Below are positions 24,148 through 35,469 of a stretch of DNA of 43,710 nt, piece by piece. The DNA is from Mesotaenium endlicherianum. Taxonomy: Eukaryota. Location: assembly GCA_009602735.1 (NCBI GenBank), contig WELA01002374.1, positions 1 through 43,710 on the forward strand, given 5' to 3'. The position numbers and the translations under genes are program-made. The notes under the pieces are model-generated. The model was not told the origin of the DNA and searched no databases. It saw only the letters and a list, made by a program, of their open reading frames with translations. Within the stretch, counting starts at the first letter, position 1. Every line of letters begins with the position of its first letter.

Positions 24148-25768
24148 GGGGTACAGTTAACCGAAAACCACAGTATCCATCATGATCTCAGTGACACCAA
24201 GCTCCTGTCTAATATGGCCCAACATCGAGTCAAGGCCAATAAAAGCATTCCAAGACACGCCCGCGAAGGTCTTGTGCTGGCAATTGGAAACACCCGGTAA
24301 AGGACGTTCTCCGTTCCGAGAAACACATCAAGGTGCGAGCATTCGGAGGAAAACGAAGTGGTGATCGTTTGGAAGGGAGACCATGCCAGCCCGTCTCTGA
24401 AGTAAGCCTTCCGGGTGCTGCGTCCGGCAAAAGATAACGTTTCGGGAAAAATCGGAGTCGCAATATATCAAATGTTTGCGCCACAAACTCATATTTCTTA
24501 ATTGATAATTTTAATGAGGTGTTTATAATAAAATCTCATCTTCAAATGTCTTTGCCCGACCGTCATGTATTGAATACAGCAGTTCTGAAGTAAATCTCGG
24601 CCGGTAGATGGATGACAACGAAAGGTCTCGTAGAAGCGGATAGGTCCTTCACAGTTCGTTTCGGAGATGCCCATGCTGTACAGCATTTTGGGACGGTATT
24701 ACACACTCTACCCACGGAGTACAGCAGAAAAATCGCCACATCAGCCTACAATGAAGCGCAGTATTACTCCCGCTTCCTCTCCCTTCCGTTCTATGCTAGC
24801 GTTTCTCATTCTAACAGGGGCTAGCATATAGCTGTGGCAAGAAGAAAAGAGGGGGGTTGCGTCAGCATGCATGCAATTGTAAGAGCCATAATCCGTTTGC
24901 GACGCAAGAACTTCTTGAATTTCAACGTAGGGTTAATATTTCGGTAACAGGTGTTTGCAGCCGTACACATTTCCGTTTTCTCGGGGCCTGGGTTCTACCC
25001 CAAGGCCTTTCTCTAATGAGCAGAATGTAGTCAACGAGCTCCTACAGTGATACAGGTGCTCGAATTGACACCTATTATCTGTTAGAGATACGGTTTTCCT
25101 GATCAGGTTTGTCGTAGAGAGTGTCAACATTGAGGCAGAGACACTTCCTCCCGCCCATTTGCCGCCCTTATTCCTCTAAATTTTGCCCACATCAAGCCAA
25201 AGGCGTCCGCTGGGGAGGTACCTACGTGGCGCTCCGTGTCTCCAAAGGGACGGAGGAAAATAGGGAACAGCAATTGTCACTAAAGACAAAGCACTGAAGA
25301 GCAGATAGCAATATAACCGCATCAGCAAACCTGCCCTCAGACTATATGTTCTGCGTATCTTGTACTTCGTATAAGAGTTGCTACGCAACCTGGATTCTAG
25401 CAGTCACAAGTTGCTATGCGGTGGTAGCACACAAGGGCAGGGTTTGCTCCATATATCACCACTAGAGTAACTTAGTAGAAATAGACAGCATAAGTCAGAT
25501 GCAACTTATGATCAACTGAGCCTCCTCCGTCCGCTCATTCAAGCGTCCGGTAGCTACTAGCAGCCACCTGTGTGATCAGCATCTAGTGTTAAGGGCAGTC
25601 TGTTTGCAAGAGAGCGCTGCAAATTCAGAAAGTATTTATTATCGGGGCTCTTACATCTGCGTTTCATCTACTGGCACAGATTGCTTGCGGTTGTCTGCGT
25701 GCGAAACATACGAGGATCGTTGGTTCACTCTATATATTGTAATCGTTGGGAGTAGGCGATTGCCCACG

Positions 25769-25883
25769 ATGGGAATGGAGCCAAGGAGGATGCAGGGATC
25801 CAAACGATCAACGGTGGCCAGAGTGTCTGCTGTGCTGGCAGTGACGCTGATGGTGGTGCTCAGCTCGGTCGGACCTGCTGCAG
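25769..25883 (+). CDS. RLK-B exon 1 (signal peptide)
   Basis: [38 protein letters not shown]; donor CAG|GTACAC; the start could be one of several nearby ATGs. Confidence 0.8.
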
Positions 25884-26951
25884 GTACACTTGGCCTTGCA
25901 ATACCACGCAGCATCCCCCCTCCCTCCCCTGCTTCCCCTTCTCCTTCTCTTCATTCCCACAACTGCGTGCAAGTGTGGGTGCTTGAGTATGAGTATCAAA
26001 TGTGACCCAAAAGGCTGCCCTGATGATTTAAAGCAAGAATGGTGCTCTCTCGCGCTAAAAAATGTGAAAAGCAAAATGCAGTCAGGGCCTACGCCTTCAT
26101 CCGCACAGCCCAAGAGTCTGCCGCATGCTATTAGGACTCTAAATGGGAGCACCTTAAGAAATATTAATAATCAGATAAATTTCCCCCGACCCCCTCTCCC
26201 CCAATTCCCCTCGGTTGCCAGGCCCACTTTACTGCTCTACTTACTACCTATTTGACTCCATTTGTCGTAAGACGACGCATTGCTTCACAGTCAACTAATG
26301 TTGCTATGAACTATCTAGCTGCATGGCGCTCGGAGCACTGCGCAAAATGTAACATGAGACTTGAGTCTACGTTCAGATATGGCCTCAGCTTGTTCACTGA
26401 TTCACTTAAATTTGACCATATAAAATGTGACCACAAGTCAATCCCCTCTATTTACTCCGTCGTTCCCACGGGCCCCCTCCCCCTCTTCTGTCTACAACAA
26501 GGGGCTTCAGGACGGATGGGGGGGGTGGGAGATTGGGGACAAGGTTGTGTGTGCTCTAGCTAGTGTGTGGTTTGGATCTTTTTTTAATTCCCTATAGTCT
26601 TGCTTGACCATGTACTCTACAAATATGCCCTCTATGTCACTGAATCAAAAGCACGCAAGTAGTAATTACAATGTTGAGGTTATGCTGACGTAAGATCCCC
26701 CCCCCCCCCCTCTCTCTCNNNNNNNNNNNNNNNNNNNNNNNNNNNNNNNNNNNNNNNNNNNNNNNNNNNNNNNNNNNNNNNNNNNNNNNNNNNNNNNNNN
26801 NNNNNNNNNNNNNNNNNNNNNNNNNNNNNNNNNNNNNNNNNNNNNNNNNNNNNNNNNNNNNNNNNNNNNNNNNNNNNNNNNNNNNNNNNNNNNNNNNNNN
26901 NNNNNNNNNNNNNNNNNNNNNNNNNNNNNNNNNNNNNNNNNNNNNNNNNNN

Positions 26952-26986
<35 letters not shown>

Positions 26987-29900
26987 GCTGCACGGCACCT
27001 CCTGCAGGACATAAGCTCGCAGGACGCGACTGCGCAGCAAACAGATATGCCTGACGCGCTCATGGAGGAGTCGTTTCCCCTCTGGCACAAGGCCTCCATC
27101 GACACAGAGGCCATCTCTCAGTACAACGCCGCGGCCCTCAAGTATCTCAACGGTGGGTCACCACTCTGGCCGTGTGTACGTACCCGAGTGTGTGTCTGTG
27201 TGTTACATGCAGCATGTCCATGTTTGGGTCAGCCATCGGCCATAGAGTGTTATCGGCCTTCATGTGCTCGGCATTGTCGGTGATGAATTCCAGGGCAACG
27301 TGCGAAGTAGAGAACAAACACATCAGAGCAATGTGTTGGGAGTGTGTAAAACCTTTGGACAGCTCCTGCACTCTTTTCCACTGCTGCTTCTGCTACTGCC
27401 ACTCTCATTGATGAGTGGCCATTCCTGGCAATGTCAAATGTTTGCATGAGTGATATGCTTGAGGTAGATGATTTCAAAGGCATCAGAGATGAAGTCAACC
27501 GATGGAAGAGTATTACTGACACCTGAGAAAAAATGAATGTCCTAGGTCATCAAATGTGTACACCCTTCTTATGTTGCAATGAGCAATATATCTCTTTAAG
27601 AATGTCAGGAGCAGTCAAGATTCTACTATCTTCTAGCTATCCCTGACAACTGCTCTCCAACCTCACAGGAACCTACATCAACTGCGGTGGGGCCCGCTTC
27701 GTCGGCCGCAACACCACCTGGCAGACCGATGAGCTGTACAGTGGGGGCGAGGTGTTCGGCCCGCGCCGCACGCAGATTGCCACGTCAGCGCCCAACCTGC
27801 TCGACAAGACGCTGTTTGAGTCCATGCGCTTCTTTGGCGGCCAAGACGGGCCATACAACACCTACTCCATTCCGGTGAGAGTTGATTGCTTGTGAGAGAT
27901 TCTTACATTACGTATAGGAGATGATTGCACGTGAGGGATGCTTGCATAGGAGATGTAGTTTCATGCGCAATGATGAATATCACTTCTGGGATCATATGGT
28001 CCTTTTTAATGACGTTTGTGTGATATGCCTGGTGCCTGTGCCACCAACCAGCGCGTGAAAGCTGGCCCCGGAGAACAACCACAGAACTGTGCGCCTTGCC
28101 ATTGCTATCTTGCTTGCTCACGCCTGACCGCCACGCGCATGCATGCACCCCTGACGGCCGCCCGCGTCGCCGGATGCCCTGCAGGTGACAGCTGGTGCCG
28201 GATACTACTGGGTGCGGCTGTACTTTGCCGAGATCCTGTACACGTCCGCCGCCGTCCGCAAATTTGACGTCAAGATCGAGGGGGTCATGGTGCTGTCGGA
28301 CTTCAGCCCGCCCGCCAACGCGTCTCTGAAGGAGTTCATGCTGCCCGTGCTCGATGGCGCCGTCGACATCACGTTTGTTCGTGGGGCCATCGGAGACCCC
28401 ATGATCAACGGAATCTCGGTACGCCCCTACATCGCACTTCTCTGCCCCTTAATGTCCTTGTTTACAATTATATATGTATATATATAATATATGTTTATAC
28501 ATATATATACAAGTATATGTAAATGTATATATATGTATAGTTACTTCTTGTGTTATTAATTTCTATCATATTATACCCTATTGTTCAGTACTTCGCTTAC
28601 AACTTGAGCTTACTGGTTGTAGAAGGAACTTCATATGTGCTACATTCATCCTCAAATGGTTCTCGAACCGAATTGATTCTTTCTTGCACATTTTCTGACT
28701 GCAATTGTTTCCACTGTCCGGTGCCAGTCTGAAGCGTAGCGCAAAGTGTGTGACCCGAGAGTGGCGGTATTCATCCGGCCTCTGTTGTTTTCTCCTGTTC
28801 AGGTGGTGCCTGTTCCCAGCGGCCAGTACGGACTCACCCTGGCCAACAACACCGTCTATGGTGCGCACCCTCCCTCGCACTTCCACCTGCTTTAGTATTT
28901 TTCCAGCAGCTGTGACCAAGTACGCATATACACGCGTGTGTAGTTGCGCGTACATGTTTACACACAAACACCCATTGATTCAAGTAACGATGCTCCAAGA
29001 TTTTCGGTCTTCCCCCTGTCTTGCGCTGATTACGCGTGGATGTTCATCATGCCCCTGAAGAACGCGAGATTCCCTTCCTCCCATCCATAATTGCTGAGCG
29101 GCGTGTCCTCCTCTGCGCACGTGCCTTCCCACCCCATGAATCTTCTCTCCTTTAATTCGCCTGCTTTTGGCTTCCTCCTCCTCCTCCTCCTCCTCTTTGC
29201 CCTCCTCCTTCCCTTCCTCCACCTCCGCCTCCTCGTTGCCCTCCTCCTCCTTCCTCCCCCTCCTCCACCTCTTTGTCCTCCTCTCTTGCCCTCTCTAACT
29301 CCTTCTCCCTTGAATTTGCTTTGAGTGCAGCCACGGAGTACCGCCTGGGCTGCGGCCAGGTGGAGCCTCTGATGGACTTCGTGGGCCGCATCTGGGCGCC
29401 CGACGTGGGCTTCTTCTACGACTTCGGCAAGAAGGTGGTGTCGCGCGTCGTGTTCATGGAGCAGATCTACGACCTGCGCGCCAACTACAGCGAGGGCCAG
29501 AAGAAGAATCTGCTCAACACCGCCAACCTCTTCCCACCGGAGCTCTTTCTGGTGAGCGAATGTTGATGCTTATTGATTGTCGATATTGGTTCATTGTGCA
29601 GAGACTTTTTGGCTGTTCCCCCCCCTTCCCAATTTTTTTGTGACTACTTGCATCTATATATTGTCCACCAACGGGTGCACGCTTGCGTGCAGGCCGAACT
29701 CCCGCTTCTCTGCTGTCTGTTGGTTGTTCCTTTGATGCTCAGTAAGAGGCTCCGGTGGTCTACTCAGGTCCTTTCACTCGTACATCTTGCAACTTTGAAT
29801 CTTCTGACTCTAACGCAGCACTCTGGTCCGCTGCAGTGTTTCATAACCTGCTTGCATTCTTCTCACCTCCCACCTGTGCGTGTGCTTTTGTTTGCTCGCC

Positions 29901-30180
29901 TGCCGCGCTCTTGCCTCCGCCCCGCCTCCCGTCAAACACCAACAGACCAGCAGACAGACGGAGCAGTACGCCAAGAACGGCTACTATGGCACAGTGGCAC
30001 CAGCTGTCACCTACAAGGACCCCGCCAACGTCCTGCTCATGTACTCTTTCGACGTGGCGCCCAACACGCAGTACTACCTGCGCCTGGGGTTTGCGGAGCT
30101 GAGAGCGCGCAACTACCTGGTAAGGAGGAACACACTCACGCAGCCTCGCAGGCATGTCAGACGTATGCATGTGTGTGTCC

Positions 30181-30215
<35 letters not shown>

Positions 30216-31100
30216 TGTACGTTCCGGAATCTGTGTGTGTGTGTGTGTGGGAGAGAGAGAGAGTGCGTGTGTGTGTGCGTCTGTGCGTGCGCACGCGCAC
30301 ATGTGTCTGATTCTGTGCCCTTCAACTTTCAATGTGTCATGTAAATATTGCCCTGCTGTTTGGGTAAGAATCCTTTCTCTATATGTGCTTTGCATGCTCA
30401 TCTGCACAAGTGCTGTGTGTCTGTGTATGTGTACATGTGCACAAGACTTACTTTCTCGCATGACTCCGGAGTGTGCTGTCATGTTTTTGCTTGAATCATA
30501 TACTGGCGTCTGATTCTTAACTATATTTCTTTGACCACTGACGCACATACTGACACGTGTGTCGCCCGGCGCGCATGCTGTCTCTCTGTTGCTGCACTGT
30601 GGGGTGTGATATTGGCAGAGACAAATGAACATCTACATTGACGGTCAACTTGTGGTCAAAGACCTTGACATCAAGAAGACCATTGGTTACAACGGCCCCC
30701 TCTTTGAAGTCTTCCTGCGTACGTGACGAGCCCTCACATGTATGCAGAGCATGATTGCTCCGTGTAAGCGTGTACTTGAACATGTGCGACGCCGCATCTC
30801 AGTGCCTTGATCAAGTCTCAATTATGTGCGTTAAAGATGTGCGCAATGTTCCAACGTATGTCTGAGATTGCATTCTGGAAGAGTGTGTCGAGTTTGTCTT
30901 GGGGAGTGTGAGTGTGTGCATGTACATATGCGGATTCGAGTGGACGTATGTGGGAGTGATTCTGCGTGTGCTCTGGCTCGCTCTGACATGAATTCACTCT
31001 TTACTATTGGTGCGTGCAGTGACAACAAACTCCACCGGCAAGCTCAGCTTCCTGTTGCAGAACAACTTCACGTCCGACACCCGCCTCTGGTACATAAAAG

Positions 31101-31151
<51 letters not shown>

Positions 31152-34100
31152 TCGGACTCCCACTGGCCACTGACTTTGAGCACTTAACTTTGGCCAACAA
31201 TTGTCGCTCCAGTGCTTTGTATTCATTTGCTTAGAGCTTTTCTGCACTGCGCAGGCCCCCAGGTTAAATGTGCGAATGCTGACCTGGCTCTTCTTCACTG
31301 TGTGTGCGCGTGCCTGAATGCGCCACATCAGCGACGTCCTCATCAACACCATCGAGATCCTGCGCCAGCTTCCGTTCGACAAGGACGCCCAGTCGCAGCT
31401 CTCAGCCACCATAGCTGCGCTCACCGCAGCGCCGTCCGCAAAGAAGAGCGATCGCATGTGGAGCGTGAGTCCTCTGTCCTCTCCGTCTGCGAGATTCTGA
31501 TCTAACCCCAGCCTTGCATTTCATTATTCATGTGCTCAAAGGGTCAAACCTGAAATAGTGAGGCGTTTTTCCTTAAAAGTCTGCATGGTCGAACAAACCG
31601 CTTTACAGAAAGAAATGGGTCATCATCCTTGTGTGTTGGTCTGCGCTCGTGTGTATGCCTGACACCTGGCCTGCCCGTCTGGCTGCCACCTGGCTGCAGG
31701 GCGTGGGCGTAGGCATCGCCATCGGCCTGTTCCTTGCGCTGGCTGCCATCGCCGCCCTCCTGCTGTATCCCCTGAGGACGCCCAAGAAGGGAGACGACGA
31801 GAAGGAGACAGCTGGCGACAGCAGGAAGGGCCCCAAGGGCAGCCTGCTCCAGGCGCTGCTGACATCCTACTCGCAGGGCTCCTTCAATGGAGGTAGGCGC
31901 GCTCTGTTGGAAGTCATGGTTTTCTTCTTTTGAAATGTTTGTTTCTCTTTGAGGTGCATCTTTCTCTCAGAGTTCTTCGTTATTTGAAATCTCTTCTCAT
32001 GTCTGCCGCTTGGTACATCCGCTTGGTTTCTAAATGCATCTGTTGTTCTAATTTCTATTCACATTCAAAGAACGAAATATTTTCCCCAAAGACATGCACA
32101 CTCAGGCGCACACACACACACATACACACACACACAGAGAGACACACGCGCGCATATTTTTCAGTCATGGAAGCATGATTGTGCGCAACCACCACCACCA
32201 AATATGCATCACAAGTTGATTCATACTGACACCGCTTCTCCCGCCCCTCCTCCTCCTCCTCCTCCTGAGCAGCAAACGACGACGCCAAGAGCACCAAGAG
32301 CGCGAGCACCAAGGCGGGCCTGCTGAAGCGCTCCGCCTCTGTGACCTCCATGGACAGCGCGGGCGCGCGCGCGGGCCTGTACGGCACGCAAGCCTTCTCG
32401 CTGGACGAGCTGAGTGAGGCCACGCACGAGTTCTCCGAGGACAACATCCTTGGCGCCGGTGGCTTCGGCGTGGTGAGCATCGCCGCCGCAGCACCCAACC
32501 TGATGACACGACTCGCCCAGAGAGACAGTGACGTGCTGGCGTGCTGACGTGCTGGTGTGCTGACGTGCTGATGTCACACAGTGAACTGAAAGCTACATGA
32601 AAAACATGGTCACATGGTTTTACCGTAAACCGAAGACTTCCACAGCACGTCAAGCAATCGTGGATTACACCCGCAATCTGTGTGCATTTCCACCCGATCA
32701 GCGGTCTGCCCAATTGGCTTGCCCCAGGCAGCACGAGGTCCTGACACCTGTCCCTCTCCCTCTCCCTCTCCCTCCCTCCCGTGCTGCCAGGTGTACCACG
32801 CGAAGCTGTGGTCCGGCCACGCGGTGGCGGTGAAGCGACTGGACATGGACTCGCAGCAGGGCGAGCGCGAGTTCATGACGGAGGTGGAGCTGCTCTCGCG
32901 CCTGCACCACCGCTACCTGGTGAACCTCATTGGGTACTGCGACGAGGACAACCAGCTCATGCTGGTGTACGAGTTCATACCCAACGGCACGCTCCGCGAG
33001 TACCTCCGCGGTACGCACGCACGCACCCACCCACGCACGCACAAACTCACGCACGCACGCATGCATGCGCGCATGCGCGCCCTTTTTCCTCTGCAGAACT
33101 AGAATCCTTTAAGGTGCAGCTAGAGGGGCTGTTTTCTACGTCTTCCTGTTCTATTTTCTGAATAAAAGTGGCTTCTTGTACCAGTCCCCTTTGATCTGTT
33201 TGTTGCGGTTATGGTTGACGAGTGCACTTGTCTAAAATGTGATGAGGTGTTGACGTGTGGCGTGCTCTCTTTGTGCCACATGCGTCTGCTTGCTTGCAGA
33301 TGACATCAAGTCGGCCAAGATGACGTGGGAGACCCGCCTAAGGGTGGCTCTGGGCGCGGCACGAGGCATCGAGTACCTGCACCGTGGTGCCAACCCACCT
33401 GTCATCCACAGGTGAGGGCACGTCAGCATGGCTGTGCCCTGGTTGGGCACGTGTTGAATGCATGTACCTTACGTGAATATTGACTGGCATGACTGTTCAG
33501 AACCAATGAGGTTTGTGTGTGTGTGTGTGTTGTGTGTGTCCCTATGTGTCTGTGTATTTCTAGATGTGTTAAGACGTATACTCTCTCATGCTATCATTGT
33601 GCCCTTCTCTGTGTCTCAGTATATATACACCTCCATCTACGTACTTCAAACATGTTTTAGATATCTATGTATATATGTCACCACACAAATGCTGGCACAC
33701 GAATGACACGTCTCTCTCCCCAATCGCCTCTGTTACGTGCATGCAGAGACATCAAGACGTCCAACATCTTGCTGGACTACAACTTCGACGCCAAGGTGGC
33801 GGACTTTGGGCTATCCAAGCTGGTGAACTACAAAATGGCGGGCCTCAGCAAGGACGAGCAGCAGACGCACATCAGCACGCACGTCAAGGGCACCGTGGGT
33901 ATGTGCCTGCGCTCTGATACACGCAAACACAGTGCTGCATAGTAAACATGACGTTTTTGCCCACCCATTGAAGGCAACGTCAATTCCTGCTTAAGCGTAC
34001 GTGTTCTAGTATGTATTTTTCTGTCTGTATGGGAGCGCGTGTCAGTGTCTGTGCACTTGGTGGGTATGAAGCTACCTACGTGGGTGGCATGCAATTGCAT

Positions 34101-35469
34101 GCTCATGCATGACAGCATATACATAGTCCTGTGCAACAGCTCCTGCGCAACAACAGCTCATGTAACAAGACACACATTCAGATCACACATACACACAAAC
34201 ACACACGACCGAGCGCGCACGCACATCAATACTTTCTCCACTCTCCCTCGCCAACTGATTCTCGTGTGATGTACTCTCTGTGTGCGCGCGCAGGCTACCT
34301 GGACCCCAACTACTACGCGAAGCAGCAGCTGACGGAGAAGAGCGACGTCTACTCCTTCGGGGTGGTGCTGCTGGAGCTCCTCACAGGCCGCCTGCCCATC
34401 TGGCAGCAGGCAGAGGAGGACGGCGAGAACGAGCGCCTCATGAACCTCATTGAATGGGTACGCCCGCAGTGCTGCCCCGCTATAGCTTGTTTGCTCAGTT
34501 GCACCCAAAAAAACATGCAAGCATTCTGTGTCTATGTGGGTGTGTGTGTGCGTGTGCCTTTCTTTGCCAGCTCTGGTGTTTGCGGCTCTGGTGCCGTGCT
34601 TGCAGAATGTACGGGGTCCTCTCTTTTTTTTGCAGTACATAGCGTCTCGTTAAGATGGACCCTACACCTACTAGTCTCAAGAAGAAAATTGCCCCTCCTC
34701 TTGAACCGCGCGCAGACCGCCCCCTTCATGAAGAACGGTGAGGATGTGACCAAGATGTTTGCGTCGCCCGCCGCTGCTGCTCACGCCGTCGAGTCTGCAA
34801 AGCGCGTGGCCATCGTCGCCCGCCTCTGCGTTGAAGTCCAGGTGCGTTCTGCTCCCAGTACCAGTCTTCTTTCTGAGCATCGGACTCCTTACTATTAAAA
34901 TCTTCCCCACAATCATTCTTTTCCACACTACTTCCCCGGCAATGCGTGCCAACCTTCATAAGCAAAGTTTGACCGAGCAGGTGTGTTACATATGAAGTGT
35001 TTGAGAATTTGTGTAGGGTGTGTGTATTAGCCGTTGTTTTTGCCTATGCTTGGGTGCGTGTGTGGATGTGTGTAGGCCACCTACTCAAGTACAAGTGCCT
35101 AACGAATTGCATTGATTCTTCTTGCAGGCCAAGCGCCGCCCGACGATGACAGAGGTGGTGCGCGAGCTGGAGGAGGCCAAGAAGCTTCTCGAGTCCGCAC
35201 CCCCTCCTTCCATGCCCTCCGTAGCCGATGCTGGTGCCGCCAAGAACGACAACGGGGCCCCCAGCAGCCTGCCACCTGTCAGGCTCTCAGTGGCCCCCGG
35301 CGCGGCTGCTCCTGTCGACAGCTCGCTCGTCAGCTCCCTCACAAATTCCCCCACTGTCGCCGGCAAGGGCGGCAAGGGCGGCGGCGCAGGCAGCTCGAAG
35401 AAGGGCGTGGCGTATGCGCCAGGTGGCGCGTTCCAAGAGCCCGTCTCCATCAGCATCATTGAGGATTAG
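25769..35469 (+). CDS. RLK-B: malectin-like receptor-like kinase (CrRLK1L/FERONIA-like architecture), spliced gene, 994 aa
   Basis: Exons 25769-25883, 26988-27152, 27669-27874, 28185-28418, 28803-28860, 29331-29551, 29946-30119, 30619-30718, 31020-31089, 31332-31464, 31700-31892, 32273-32472, 32791-33010, 33300-33411, 33747-33898, 34294-34457, 34716-34841, 35128-35469 (2985 nt, all GT-AG, phase-consistent). Motifs [41 protein letters not shown] helix, [41 protein letters not shown]. Confidence 0.95.
26988..27152 (+). CDS. RLK-B exon 2 (RHLL-containing N-terminal segment)
   Basis: (CT)n-CAG acceptor, GC3-rich codons, phase 1-1; encodes [12 protein letters not shown]...[10 protein letters not shown]. 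Confidence 0.8.
27669..27874 (+). CDS. RLK-B exon 3 (malectin A start)
   Basis: [21 protein letters not shown]...SMRFFGGQD. Confidence 0.92.
28185..28418 (+). CDS. RLK-B exon 4
   Basis: [14 protein letters not shown]...RKFDVKIEG...GDPMINGIS. Confidence 0.93.
28803..28860 (+). CDS. RLK-B exon 5
   Basis: [19 protein letters not shown]; phase 0-1. Confidence 0.83.
29331..29551 (+). CDS. RLK-B exon 6 (malectin B start)
   Basis: ATEYRLGCG...[10 protein letters not shown]...PPELFL. Confidence 0.92.
29946..30119 (+). CDS. RLK-B exon 7
   Basis: TSRQ...[20 protein letters not shown]; exact acceptor uncertain because several CAGs are nearby. Confidence 0.87.
30619..30718 (+). CDS. RLK-B exon 8
   Basis: [33 protein letters not shown]. 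Confidence 0.87.
31020..31089 (+). CDS. RLK-B exon 9
   Basis: [23 protein letters not shown]; phase 1-2. Confidence 0.85.
31332..31464 (+). CDS. RLK-B exon 10
   Basis: [13 protein letters not shown]...DRMWS; donor GTGAGT. Confidence 0.88.
31700..31892 (+). CDS. RLK-B exon 11 (transmembrane helix)
   Basis: [25 protein letters not shown] followed by RTPKK. Confidence 0.9.
32273..32472 (+). CDS. RLK-B exon 12 (juxtamembrane and Gly loop)
   Basis: [34 protein letters not shown] tandem acceptor. Confidence 0.92.
32791..33010 (+). CDS. RLK-B exon 13 (kinase subdomains II-V)
   Basis: VAVKRL...[27 protein letters not shown]. Confidence 0.95.
33300..33411 (+). CDS. RLK-B exon 14 (kinase VIa)
   Basis: [31 protein letters not shown]. 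Confidence 0.94.
33747..33898 (+). CDS. RLK-B exon 15 (catalytic loop, DFG and activation segment)
   Basis: [25 protein letters not shown]...[11 protein letters not shown]. Confidence 0.95.
34294..34457 (+). CDS. RLK-B exon 16 (kinase VIII-IX)
   Basis: [33 protein letters not shown]...NLIEW. Confidence 0.95.
34716..34841 (+). CDS. RLK-B exon 17
   Basis: TAPFMKNG...[14 protein letters not shown]. Confidence 0.87.
35128..35469 (+). CDS. RLK-B exon 18 (last exon)
   Basis: [19 protein letters not shown]...SIIED followed by TAG. Confidence 0.9.
   Translation, partial: AKRRPTMTEVVRELEEAKKLLESAPPPSMPSVADAGAAKNDNGAPSSLPPVRLSVAPGAAAPVDSSLVSSLTNSPTVAGKGGKGGGAGSSKKGVAYAPGGAFQEPVSISIIED

Noticed and set aside
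22031..25768. Search for a RALF- or LORELEI/LLG-like partner gene between the receptors
   Set aside because: No ORF with the required signal peptide and cysteine pattern was seen.
32529..32574. 8-bp (GACGTGCT)-type repeat and other short intronic tandem repeats (7316-7338, 20179-20205)
   Set aside because: Ordinary slippage repeats in a repeat-rich genome, with no evidence of function.
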